A DNA stretch of 19,024 bases from Oscillospiraceae bacterium. GTDB taxonomy: Bacteria; Bacillota; Clostridia; Oscillospirales; Oscillospiraceae. Positions 7,526 through 14,347 of the stretch are shown piece by piece. Location: NCBI GenBank assembly GCA_902766405.1, contig CACXDT010000118.1, forward strand, positions 1 through 19,024, given 5' to 3'. The notes under the pieces were generated by a model. The model was not told the origin of the DNA. It did not search any database and saw only the letters and a list, made by a program, of their open reading frames with translations. The number at the start of each line of letters is the position of its first letter. The stretch's first letter is position 1. The position numbers were made by a program, and so were the translations under genes.

Positions 7526-8735
7526 CTCCCCGCTGGAATTTCTGGCGAAGAAGTACGGCAACGTCGTCAAGTATGACGCCGCCGGGAACGTGGCCGGGAT
7601 CTATGTGAAATTCCAGAAGATGAAAAGCTCCGACCTCGTGGCCGGGCTGCCGGAGCGCACGCATCCCGCGTTCATAATCAACGGCGTGGAGCAGGATTAT
7701 ATCTTGCTCGGCAAATACAAGGCCGGAGAAAACGGCGTCAGCGGCGGCGCTCTCGTAAGCGCGCCGAACATTATGCCTGCAAGAAGCCTCGGCGCGGATC
7801 AGTGCCTCTCGCGGATGAAAGCGGCGGGCACCGGCATCACGGGCATGACCGTGGCCGACTACGGCTTTATCAAGCTGCTGGCGCAGAAAGAGGGCTGGGT
7901 GCCGAAGGGTAATACCTATTGGGGCCAGAGCCACAAGGACGCGACGGCCTGGGAGGTCGGCAAGGCGCTGACCGTCGGCGCCGTCCGCGGCTATGAGGGC
8001 TGGCGCTATGAGTGCCTGATCGCGCACACCACCGCCGCCGAGCTGAAGCCGGATATCGCGCCGACCTACTGGAAGAAGCTGAACTTCGTCGGGGGCGTGT
8101 CGCAGGACACCGGCAAAGACGCGAACACTCAGACCGGCTATCGCACGCTCAACGGCACCGGCCCGCTGGACTGGTATCTCGGCAACGACCCCGGCAACCT
8201 GGCGGATATCATCGGTTCCAGCCTGGAGCAGCAGTACGGCTACCGCATCGTGGATTGTGAGCTGCAGATCCTCGAAGATAACAACGCCGCCGACCCGAGC
8301 GCCGACCTCTCCGCAACCTCCGCCGCGTGGAAAGCGATCCTTCCGAACGCCTCCGACGACGGCTATACGCTGGTCGCTCCGGGAACGGCCGGGACGCTGC
8401 ATTGGAATTGGACGGGCACCGCAATCCAGCTCGACACGCAATGCGACGACCTGACCGTAGGTTCGAAAGGGCAGTCGTTCAAGACGCTCACCGCGCACGC
8501 CGAACGCCTCCCCTATGTTCCGAGCATCGTCAAGGAGCTGGGTCTTTTCCCGACAGGTTCGGGCGACAACACCGAGGGCTATTACTACGTCAACTTCGTC
8601 GCGGGAGAGCGTTTTCCCCGGCGTGGCGGCTACTACTACCTCACCAGCAGCGCCGGGCTTGGCTCTGTGCATGCCTACTACGAGCGCGGCTATGCGGCCA
8701 CGAACTATGGCTGCCGCCCGCGCTCCCTTCCCTGA
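7518..8735 (+). CDS. DGR target (variable) protein, C-type-lectin/FGE-sulfatase-like fold; probable receptor-binding protein
   Basis: 405 aa with a GGGAGG RBS 8 nt upstream. The last ~40 codons carry the VR. The C-terminus RRGGYYYLTSSAGLGSVHAYYERGYAATNYGCRP has the typical CLec VR scaffold (GG.w......G......N...GfR). The N-terminal HPAFIINGVEQDYILLGKYKAG...MTVADYGFIKLLA resembles FGE/CLec-type DGR targets. It is the last gene of the tail-fibre region. Confidence 0.85.
   Translation: MNNSPLEFLAKKYGNVVKYDAAGNVAGIYVKFQKMKSSDLVAGLPERTHPAFIINGVEQDYILLGKYKAGENGVSGGALVSAPNIMPARSLGADQCLSRMKAAGTGITGMTVADYGFIKLLAQKEGWVPKGNTYWGQSHKDATAWEVGKALTVGAVRGYEGWRYECLIAHTTAAELKPDIAPTYWKKLNFVGGVSQDTGKDANTQTGYRTLNGTGPLDWYLGNDPGNLADIIGSSLEQQYGYRIVDCELQILEDNNAADPSADLSATSAAWKAILPNASDDGYTLVAPGTAGTLHWNWTGTAIQLDTQCDDLTVGSKGQSFKTLTAHAERLPYVPSIVKELGLFPTGSGDNTEGYYYVNFVAGERFPRRGGYYYLTSSAGLGSVHAYYERGYAATNYGCRPRSLP
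8608..8727 (+). repeat. DGR variable region (VR)
   Basis: Ungapped 120-bp alignment to 9578-9697 (offset 970). There are 13 mismatches, at 8621, 8631, 8637, 8640, 8641, 8650, 8665, 8670, 8676, 8679, 8691, 8697 and 8698, and each faces an A in the TR. It lies in frame at the 3' end of the target CDS. Confidence 0.95.
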
Positions 8736-8766
8736 ATCCCTGACCCCTGGACGCTGAATCCCTGAC
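8732..8766 (+). repeat. 13-bp direct repeat CTGAATCCCTGAC x2 flanking the target-gene stop
   Basis: The copies lie at 8732-8744 (containing the TGA stop 8733-8735) and 8754-8766, separated by 9 nt. They sit between the VR end and the GC hairpin. Confidence 0.8.
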
Positions 8767-8790
8767 GGGGCGGCGCGGTAGCGTCGCCCC
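8767..8790 (+). promoter_or_regulatory. GC-rich hairpin downstream of VR (candidate DGR target-recognition cruciform)
   Basis: GGGGCGGCG-cggtag-CGTCGCCCC forms a 9-bp stem (one G-T pair) with a 6-nt loop, 40 nt after the VR/TR homology ends. No U-tract follows on either strand, so it is not a classical terminator. Confidence 0.5.
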
Positions 8791-9091
8791 TCAAAAGAAA
8801 CTCGCTCCATTCCGTTTCCACGGTTTCCGAAAGAGCCGGGAAAACTGCATATTCGCTCCTTCCTTTTTCGGGCACAAATTCAAACCCGCTTCGCTTGGCT
8901 TTGAATTTGTCAACACAGAGAGGGGGCGCGGCGGGTAGCAATTTGCACAACAGGGAGCAGCACCGACCACGCCAAAACCGCCGGAAAAACTTTCGAAGGG
9001 GTTTTACGCGCGCGGTCTAATCTTCTGAGTATTTATTATATACTCCCCCTTACCCCCAAATCGCCCGATTCGGCAAAATGACGGAGGAACC

Positions 9092-9508
9092 ATGCCGGAA
9101 ATCAAGTACACTGACGCCAACCCAGGCCCTTGCTGCCTGAAGATTGAGGACATGATCGACTATGCCAGGCCGATGCTTCAGCGCTGGCCGCCGTTCTTCC
9201 GATACACACTCGGCGAGGAGATCATGAACGAAATGCTGCTGATGCTGCGCCTGGCGACCAAGGCACGCCTGCGCTATATGAACAAAAGCACGCTGCAAGA
9301 CCTGGACACAAGCAAAGAAATCCTGAAAACCTTGGTCAGATCCGCGAACCGAACCGTTTTCACAGACCGGAACGGAGAAGAAAGGCGTCTGCTCAGTAAC
9401 CACAGCTTCGATGTTTGGAGTGGGTACATTGAAGAGATCGGCAAGCTGATCGGCGGCTGGATCAACGCCGTCAGCGGACGGACGAATCGGGGCGACCCCA
9501 ACAAATAG
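9092..9508 (+). CDS. avd: DGR accessory variability determinant (Avd), four-helix-bundle family
   Basis: 138 aa and basic, predicted all-helical. The RYTLGEEIMNEMLLMLRLATKA...K...L..L......L..L...A and IEEIGKLIGGWI pattern is typical of Avd/S23-ribosomal-like proteins. It lies between VR and TR, as in BPP-1. GGAGG lies 4 nt before the ATG, which is a short spacing. Confidence 0.8.
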   Translation: MPEIKYTDANPGPCCLKIEDMIDYARPMLQRWPPFFRYTLGEEIMNEMLLMLRLATKARLRYMNKSTLQDLDTSKEILKTLVRSANRTVFTDRNGEERRLLSNHSFDVWSGYIEEIGKLIGGWINAVSGRTNRGDPNK

Positions 9509-9577
9509 CCGCCATCTGGCGGTTATCCGGGAACGTGCCGTGATTTGGGTAGCTATAGTTTATCCAAAATGCTCTTT

Positions 9578-9697
9578 AGCGTTTTCCCCGACGTGGCGGC
9601 AACTACAACAACACCAGCAACGCCGGGCTTGGCTATGTGAATGCCAACAACGAGCGCGGCAATGCGAACACGAACTATGGCTGCCGCCCGCGCTCCC
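9578..9697 (+). repeat. DGR template region (TR)
   Basis: Non-coding copy of the VR containing 28 adenines, 13 of which are substituted in the VR. Read in the VR frame it is rich in AAC/AAT codons (NYNNTSNAGLGYVNANNERGNANTNYGC). It has the same orientation as VR and RT and lies 260 nt upstream of the RT start. Confidence 0.95.
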
Positions 9698-9957
9698 AGC
9701 ACACATCAAAAGAGCCGAAAAACCACGAGTTACCGGCCGCAATTCTGATGGGAGGGGCGCGTTTCCGTGGCGGGCCAGGCCCGCCTAAATGAAAATCCCG
9801 CACGGCTCCGGCAAGAACACTCCGGGGCATGGCCGGGCGGGAATCGCTGCGAAGCGCCCGGAAGGGCGTAATGCTCAGCCTGTCAGCAGCTTCCCGGTAG
9901 GGAAAACAGGCTACGCATAACGGGAAACGTCACGCGCAGCAGAACGGAGGCGGTCAC
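9698..9957 (+). ncRNA. TR-RT spacer, probable structured 3' part of the DGR RNA
   Basis: 260 nt with no credible ORF. Local helices visible by eye are GGCGGGC-cag-GCCCGCC (9769-9785), CGCCC-ggaa-GGGCG (9855-9868), and the nested AGCCTGT...TTCCC-ggta-GGGAA...ACAGGCT (9877-9912). In BPP-1 the equivalent spacer is part of the priming RNA. Confidence 0.5.
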
Positions 9958-11259
9958 TTGGAGGGGCTGCACAATCTGAGAGACCGCATCTGCGACTTTG
10001 ATAACCTCATGGGCGCGTACCGTGACGCCGCACGGGATAAGCGATACCGCGAGGAAGTCATAGCCTTTACTCTTAACCTCGGCGAAAATCTGCGTCAGAT
10101 CCAGCGCGAGCTTCTGGACATGACCTACACCGTGGGGCCATACCGGGAGTTCTATGTGCGCTTTCCCAAACCGCGCCTTGTCATGGCGCTGGGCTTCCGG
10201 GACCGCGTGGTACAGTGGGCCATCTATCGGCAGATCAACCCCTACCTGGACAAGCGCTACATCGAGCACAGCTACGGTTGCCGCACCGGCAAAGGCACAC
10301 TGGCCGCCGCCGAGTGCCTTTTCAACTGGCAGCAGCTTATCAGCCGCAAAGACGATGCCGACGAGTGGCAGCTTATCAAGGGCGATATCTCGAAGTATTT
10401 CTACCGCGTCGATCACGGCAAAGTACTGGAAACCTACGGCGAAGTATCAGACGACACCTGGTTTTCGTGGCTGATCGGCACGATCATCCGCAATCCAGAG
10501 GTTCCTTTCGGCCTGCCTGTCGGCATGAAGCCGGACGATTGCCCGCGCAGCCAACGGCTTTTCGAGGTTGGGATGCCAATAGGCAATCTGACGAGTCAGG
10601 AGACGGCAAACCTGTTCCTTGACCGGCTGGATCAGTTTTGCAAGCACACGCTGAAGCTGCACTACTATGTGCGCTATATGGACGACTTCTGCATCTTTGT
10701 CAAGGGCAAGGAGGAGGCCAAACGGGTATACGCTGAGATCGAGCGCTTCTTGCGCGAAACGCTGCTGCTGGATATCAGCCCCAAGAGCCGGATTCAAAAG
10801 GCCACGGCGCCGGTTGAGTTCGTCGGCTACCTGATAACACCGCACGGGATCCGGATGCGGAAGAAAACGACGCGGCATATCAAGCGGAGCCTGCGCTTTA
10901 TTTCGGCGTCCTTTGCGCTGGGCGCAATCGGCTATGAAAAAGCAATGGCATCCGCGATCTGCTACATCGGGATGTGTAAACACTGCGAGGGCTACAATCT
11001 GCTGCGGTGGATCGAGGAGAACTTCACGTTGGAAAGAGGCGATGCAGCCATGAGCCAGCTTGACGGGCCGCCCTGCGGAGGGCGGCGTTTTTATTCCATC
11101 CAGCCAAACGAGGACGGCAGCGTAGACGTATATCTTCGCCCGGATGATACAGGCCTGATCCGCGTCGTGCGCGGCGTAACGCCTTATGACGGTCTGGATG
11201 ATGATATACGGGCGCGGTATGACGCCTGGCGCGAGAGCGCTGAAACAATCTTTCTTTAG
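9958..11259 (+). CDS. DGR reverse transcriptase
   Basis: 433 aa with a TTG start 7 nt after GGAGG (9946-9950). The RT motifs are IKGDISKYFYRVDH (motif 3/A-like), GMPIGNLTSQETANLFL (the DGR-diagnostic [ILV]GxxxSQ) and YVRYMDDFCIF (YxDD box). It lies immediately 3' of the TR. Confidence 0.95.
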   Translation: MEGLHNLRDRICDFDNLMGAYRDAARDKRYREEVIAFTLNLGENLRQIQRELLDMTYTVGPYREFYVRFPKPRLVMALGFRDRVVQWAIYRQINPYLDKRYIEHSYGCRTGKGTLAAAECLFNWQQLISRKDDADEWQLIKGDISKYFYRVDHGKVLETYGEVSDDTWFSWLIGTIIRNPEVPFGLPVGMKPDDCPRSQRLFEVGMPIGNLTSQETANLFLDRLDQFCKHTLKLHYYVRYMDDFCIFVKGKEEAKRVYAEIERFLRETLLLDISPKSRIQKATAPVEFVGYLITPHGIRMRKKTTRHIKRSLRFISASFALGAIGYEKAMASAICYIGMCKHCEGYNLLRWIEENFTLERGDAAMSQLDGPPCGGRRFYSIQPNEDGSVDVYLRPDDTGLIRVVRGVTPYDGLDDDIRARYDAWRESAETIFL

Positions 11260-11271
11260 GAGGAATTGGGT

Positions 11272-11631
11272 ATGGAAAACCTGACCCCGGATCAGCTCCA
11301 AACCACCGTATATGTGATTCTCGCCCTCTTTGGATCTCTTATAACGGTGGATAAGGTGCTTGACATTTTCAAAAAGTGGAGAGCCCCAGCCAAGAATGCC
11401 GCCGAGGATGTGGAAAAAAAATTTTCCAACGATAAGCACCGCCTCGACGACCACGAGCGGGAGCTTGAACAGCAAAAGAGGGATATCGAGAGCCTGAAGG
11501 AGAGCTCCCGCGTCACGTCGGCGGGCGTCATGGCCCTGCTCGATCACGAGCTGCACAATGGCAATGCAGATCAGATGCAGGGCGCCCGCGACGATATCAT
11601 GGCATATCTCCAGGGACTTATGACAAAGTAG
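11272..11631 (+). CDS. N-terminally membrane-anchored coiled-coil protein (possible holin-like/lysis-associated)
   Basis: ATG at 11272 lies 8 nt after AGGAGG (11258-11263), so the listed TTG at 11266 was rejected. It has one predicted TM helix (VYVILALFGSLITV) followed by a charged coiled coil. Function is inferred only from topology and its post-tail position. Confidence 0.55.
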   Translation: MENLTPDQLQTTVYVILALFGSLITVDKVLDIFKKWRAPAKNAAEDVEKKFSNDKHRLDDHERELEQQKRDIESLKESSRVTSAGVMALLDHELHNGNADQMQGARDDIMAYLQGLMTK

Positions 11632-11636
11632 CGCTT

Positions 11637-11678
11637 TCGGTATGTCCGGCAACGGAGGGCAACCATACCGATTTTTTC
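11637..11678 (+). terminator. Putative intrinsic terminator/attenuator
   Basis: TCGGTATG (11637-11644) pairs with CATACCGA (11664-11671) and is followed by TTTTTT. The loop is large (19 nt) but has a possible inner CCG/CGG helix. Confidence 0.45.
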
Positions 11679-11714
11679 AACAATCCATCAACAAATCATC
11701 AGGAGGAAAAGCAA

Positions 11715-12320
11715 ATGAAAAAAATCCTTGTTCTTATGCTCGTGCTGCTTATGGCCGTGATGCTCGCGGCCTGCACCGTGCCCGCCATGCAGAACCCCGA
11801 CGGCACTGATACCGTGGCGGGCGTGGCGATCATGACCGGGCTCGATATCCTGGAAAAGGTCGTCGTTACCGCCCTCGGCATCGCTGGTACAGCATGGGCC
11901 GCCAAATCGAAGGACAATAAGCACATCCAGAACATAGCCCTTGCATTTGACAATGTTTTGAAAGCCACCCGTATAACAGTCGGCGAGCTGAAACAGACCA
12001 CAGTTGACCACTTGAAAGCAGAAAGCGAAGATGGCAAGCTCACCCCGGACGAAATTGCACAGTTAAACAGCGACCTCCTCACGCTCACGCTGAAAAAACT
12101 CGACGAGCCCACGAAAAACCTGTTGGCTGCCGCCGGTGTGGATATATGCGCCCTGATTGCGGGAGCCGGTGAGGATTGGGTACGCGAAACGAAGCTTGGC
12201 GGGGTCGCTGTTCTCGGCCAGATCATGGACGCGACGGACGCCATCACGGAGAACGCCGGTGCAGTTGACGAGGCCGCTGCGGCCATCGAAAAGGCTGCGG
12301 CGGCGATCAAAGGCGAGTAA
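11715..12320 (+). CDS. Putative lipoprotein (possibly LL-H-holin-like or superinfection-exclusion)
   Basis: 201 aa with an AGGAGG RBS. The signal peptide MKKILVLMLVLLMAVMLAAC ends in an L-A-A-C lipobox. The mature part is helical and Ala/Lys/Asp-rich. The functional call is speculative. Confidence 0.6.
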   Translation: MKKILVLMLVLLMAVMLAACTVPAMQNPDGTDTVAGVAIMTGLDILEKVVVTALGIAGTAWAAKSKDNKHIQNIALAFDNVLKATRITVGELKQTTVDHLKAESEDGKLTPDEIAQLNSDLLTLTLKKLDEPTKNLLAAAGVDICALIAGAGEDWVRETKLGGVAVLGQIMDATDAITENAGAVDEAAAAIEKAAAAIKGE

Positions 12321-12328
12321 CTATCACA

Positions 12329-12366
12329 CGAGGCCCGGACGTGTGCCGGGCCTCGGTTGTTTTTTC
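12329..12366 (+). terminator. Rho-independent terminator
   Basis: A perfect 10-bp GC-rich stem CGAGGCCCGG / CCGGGCCTCG with loop acgtgtg is followed by GTTGTTTTTT. It lies 9 nt after the lipoprotein stop. Confidence 0.85.
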
Positions 12367-12404
12367 AGCTTGTTACTTGTCATAATGGGAGGATTGTAAA
12401 ACAC

Positions 12405-13010
12405 ATGAAACTGGTACAGCCTATCCGAGACTTGGACACGCTGCAAAAGTGCTTCGAGATCGCGCGCGAGCATGACGCCCGCCGGAAAACAGGAGAAGTC
12501 TGCTGGGAATTGATATTGCTCGTCGGCCTCAATACCTCGCTGCGCGTGAGCGATTTCCGGCGCTTCAAGGTGTCCGACCTCCGGGGCCGCGACTATGCAC
12601 AGATGCAGGCCAAAAAAACCGGCAAGGAGGCGCGGATCCTGATTAACCCTCAGGCCCGGAAGGAGATCAACCGCCTGCTGGCCGGGAGAAAGCCGGACGA
12701 GTTCATTTTCCAGAGCCGCCAGAAGGACGGCGTTACCCACAAGGCCCGCCCGATTTCCAGACAGCGGTGTTATCAGATCATGAACGTCATCGCCAAGAAA
12801 GCCGGGATTGAGGAACGAATCGGCTGCCATACGCTGCGGAAAACCTTCGGTTACCATTACTACCAGACGACCGGCGATGTGGTGAGCCTGCAAAGGATCC
12901 TGGGCCACTCCTTCCAGCGGGAAACGCTGGTTTATATCGGCGTCGTTCAGGAGAACATCGACGAATCCATGATGAAAATGAACATGCTGACCGGGCGGCG
13001 AGCCCGGTAA
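12405..13010 (+). CDS. Short tyrosine recombinase (phage-integrase catalytic domain only)
   Basis: ATG at 12405 was chosen because the listed 12357 start lies inside the terminator. The catalytic signature is in order: NTSLRVSD (Arg I), KTGKEARI (Lys), HTLRKTF (His-x-x-Arg), LGHS (His) and TLVYI (Tyr). At 201 aa there is no room for a normal N-terminal core- or arm-binding domain. Confidence 0.8.
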   Translation: MKLVQPIRDLDTLQKCFEIAREHDARRKTGEVCWELILLVGLNTSLRVSDFRRFKVSDLRGRDYAQMQAKKTGKEARILINPQARKEINRLLAGRKPDEFIFQSRQKDGVTHKARPISRQRCYQIMNVIAKKAGIEERIGCHTLRKTFGYHYYQTTGDVVSLQRILGHSFQRETLVYIGVVQENIDESMMKMNMLTGRRAR

Positions 13011-13060
13011 CGTGCATGTTTTGAGAAAAGATGCGCGAAATGCGCAGAAAGGACTATACG

Positions 13061-13603
13061 ATGGAAAAGACACGTTTAGAGAGAATCAACGAGTTTATCA
13101 GGATCATGGGGGAAGCGCTCGGGCCCAACACTGCCATTACGCTTGCGGGCGAACTTGAACGGATGGGCTTCTTCGATGCCCCGGCCTCCTCAAAATATCA
13201 TTCTGCCTACCCTGGCGGGCTCTACGATCATTCCAAAGCCATGATGGACGCGCTTTTAAATCTAACCTATGACCTGAATCTTGGATGGAGCCGTCCGGAG
13301 AGCCCGTGCATCGTCGGGATGCTCCATGATCTTTGTAAATGCGATCAGTACAAGCAGGACGAGGACGGCAGCTTTTCGTGGCAACCCGACCAGGTTCTAT
13401 GCGGTCATGGGGATAAGTCTGTGATTCTTGCGCAACAGCTCCTCCCTCTGACCGAGGAAGAAATCTTGTGCATCCGCTGGCACATGGGCGCGTACTGCGA
13501 TAAATCCGATTGGGGCTATCTCGGTGCGGCCATCGAGAAATACCCGAATGTGCTGTACACCCACACCGCCGATATGATTGCATCACGCATCAGGGGAGTA
13601 TGA
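13061..13603 (+). CDS. HD-domain phosphohydrolase (YhaM-like HD fold)
   Basis: PASSKYHSAYPGGLYDHS ... IVGMLHDLCKC ... HGDKS ... HTADMIASR gives the H...HD...H...D metal-ligand series typical of HD hydrolases. The start is ambiguous between 13031 and 13061. I chose 13061 for its AAAGGA RBS 7 nt upstream. Confidence 0.7.
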   Translation: MEKTRLERINEFIRIMGEALGPNTAITLAGELERMGFFDAPASSKYHSAYPGGLYDHSKAMMDALLNLTYDLNLGWSRPESPCIVGMLHDLCKCDQYKQDEDGSFSWQPDQVLCGHGDKSVILAQQLLPLTEEEILCIRWHMGAYCDKSDWGYLGAAIEKYPNVLYTHTADMIASRIRGV

Positions 13604-13613
13604 GGGCCCGACC

Positions 13614-13982
13614 ATGACAGACAACGAAATACGCGCCGTTGTATGCGCTCTGCAGCCGGGCGACCATATCCTCGTGAACGATTGGAACGACACATACACC
13701 GTGCGCGGCGTCTCACAGCATTATGTCGTAGCCGATTATCAGGCGGACACGGAATACCCCTTGTACACCATTCTCGCCAAAGAGCCGACGGAGATCCCGC
13801 GCAACGGCATACCGGCTGGCGCGATGGTATGCGGCCCCGATTCCTGGGTGTTCGGCTATTGGGGCGGCTACAACTTCGAGCAGCCCGACGTAATAGCGGC
13901 CTACCTCGAATCGCTGGAAAGCGGGGAAACGGAAATGTCCCTGCGCCATCGTGCGGAGATCGTGAGCATCAGGAAAGTATGA
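13614..13982 (+). CDS. Hypothetical protein
   Basis: ATG at 13614 lies 7 nt after GAGGG, so the listed 13578 start (overlapping the HD gene) was rejected. 122 aa, no family recognised, followed by a strong terminator. Confidence 0.6.
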   Translation: MTDNEIRAVVCALQPGDHILVNDWNDTYTVRGVSQHYVVADYQADTEYPLYTILAKEPTEIPRNGIPAGAMVCGPDSWVFGYWGGYNFEQPDVIAAYLESLESGETEMSLRHRAEIVSIRKV

Positions 13983-13985
13983 AAA

Positions 13986-14022
13986 ACGCCCTCGGGGATC
14001 CTCCCGGGGGCGTCTATTTTAT
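13986..14022 (+). terminator. Rho-independent terminator (possibly bidirectional)
   Basis: ACGCCCTCGGGG-atcc-TCCCGGGGGCGT forms an ~11-12 bp stem and is followed by CTATTTTATT. On the opposite strand the same hairpin is followed by TTTTTC. Confidence 0.8.
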
Positions 14023-14347
14023 TGCCGTCTTTCTCCCTTTGGGCGCTCTGTTTGACATATTGAGGCGAGGAAAAACACAGGATCGGCGGTTTTTCAAAAA
14101 GCCTTGATTTCAGCGGAAAACAGGCCCGCAAATGAGTTTAACACAACATCCCATTTTGACAAAGCCAGCACCGCGCGCGAGGGCCCTTTTTGGTTGTTGA
14201 CAAATGCAGCGGTTTTCATCCTTTCCGGCGACAGATCGCAGCGGAAACGACCTTATAGGGGCGCACGGATTTGTCAACCATTTCGGCGGCGTCAACGGAA
14301 TGGTTCGACGGCGTTGCACTTTAACTTGCTCGCAATTTGCCACGCGC

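Larger units (their letters stand above)
7518..11259 (+). mobile_element. Complete diversity-generating retroelement cassette (target/VR - avd - TR - RT)
   Basis: All four canonical components are present, co-oriented, and in the BPP-1 order. The VR/TR divergence is adenine-specific. Confidence 0.92.

Noticed and set aside
8767-8790. GC hairpin after the target gene as an intrinsic terminator
   Set aside because: No U-tract follows on either strand (it is followed by TCAAAAGAAA). A DGR-associated cruciform is the better explanation, though it is unproven.
7467-8810. 447-aa minus-strand ORF antisense to the DGR target gene
   Set aside because: This is a typical long antisense ORF of GC-rich DNA. 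The product is Arg/Gly/Ala-rich low complexity, there is no RBS, and it fully overlaps a gene with strong sense-strand evidence (RBS, VR in frame, lectin-fold motifs).
9540-9788. 82-aa plus-strand ORF covering the TR (and its echo, 8327-8743, over the VR)
   Set aside because: Both read the repeat in the wrong frame (..RRAWLC..ELWLPPALP). The TR is a non-coding template with no RBS, and the similarity between the two products only reflects VR/TR identity.
9958-11259. The RT as a retron, group II intron or Abi-type RT
   Set aside because: An adjacent TR/VR pair with A-only mismatches, an Avd gene and the IGNLTSQ motif all point to a DGR. No intron ribozyme-like structure, msr/msd inverted repeats or maturase/endonuclease domains are evident.
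10447-11652. 401-aa minus-strand ORF antisense to the reverse transcriptase and the next gene
   Set aside because: It has no RBS and no recognisable motifs. It spans two well-supported plus-strand genes and their intergenic RBS, so it is a GC-composition artefact.
12324-13073. 249-aa minus-strand ORF antisense to the tyrosine recombinase
   Set aside because: The plus-strand product carries the complete recombinase catalytic signature. The antisense ORF has no RBS and crosses a terminator hairpin.
8905-14205. Inverted GTTGACAAAT(G/T) boxes at 8905-8914 and 14196-14205 as terminal inverted repeats of a mobile avd-TR-RT-recombinase cassette or invertible segment
   Set aside because: Identity is only 11 bp. 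Tens of such matches are expected by chance in a 19-kb window when both strands are considered, the similarity does not extend into the flanks, and no target-site duplication is visible. I kept it only as a shared-box observation.
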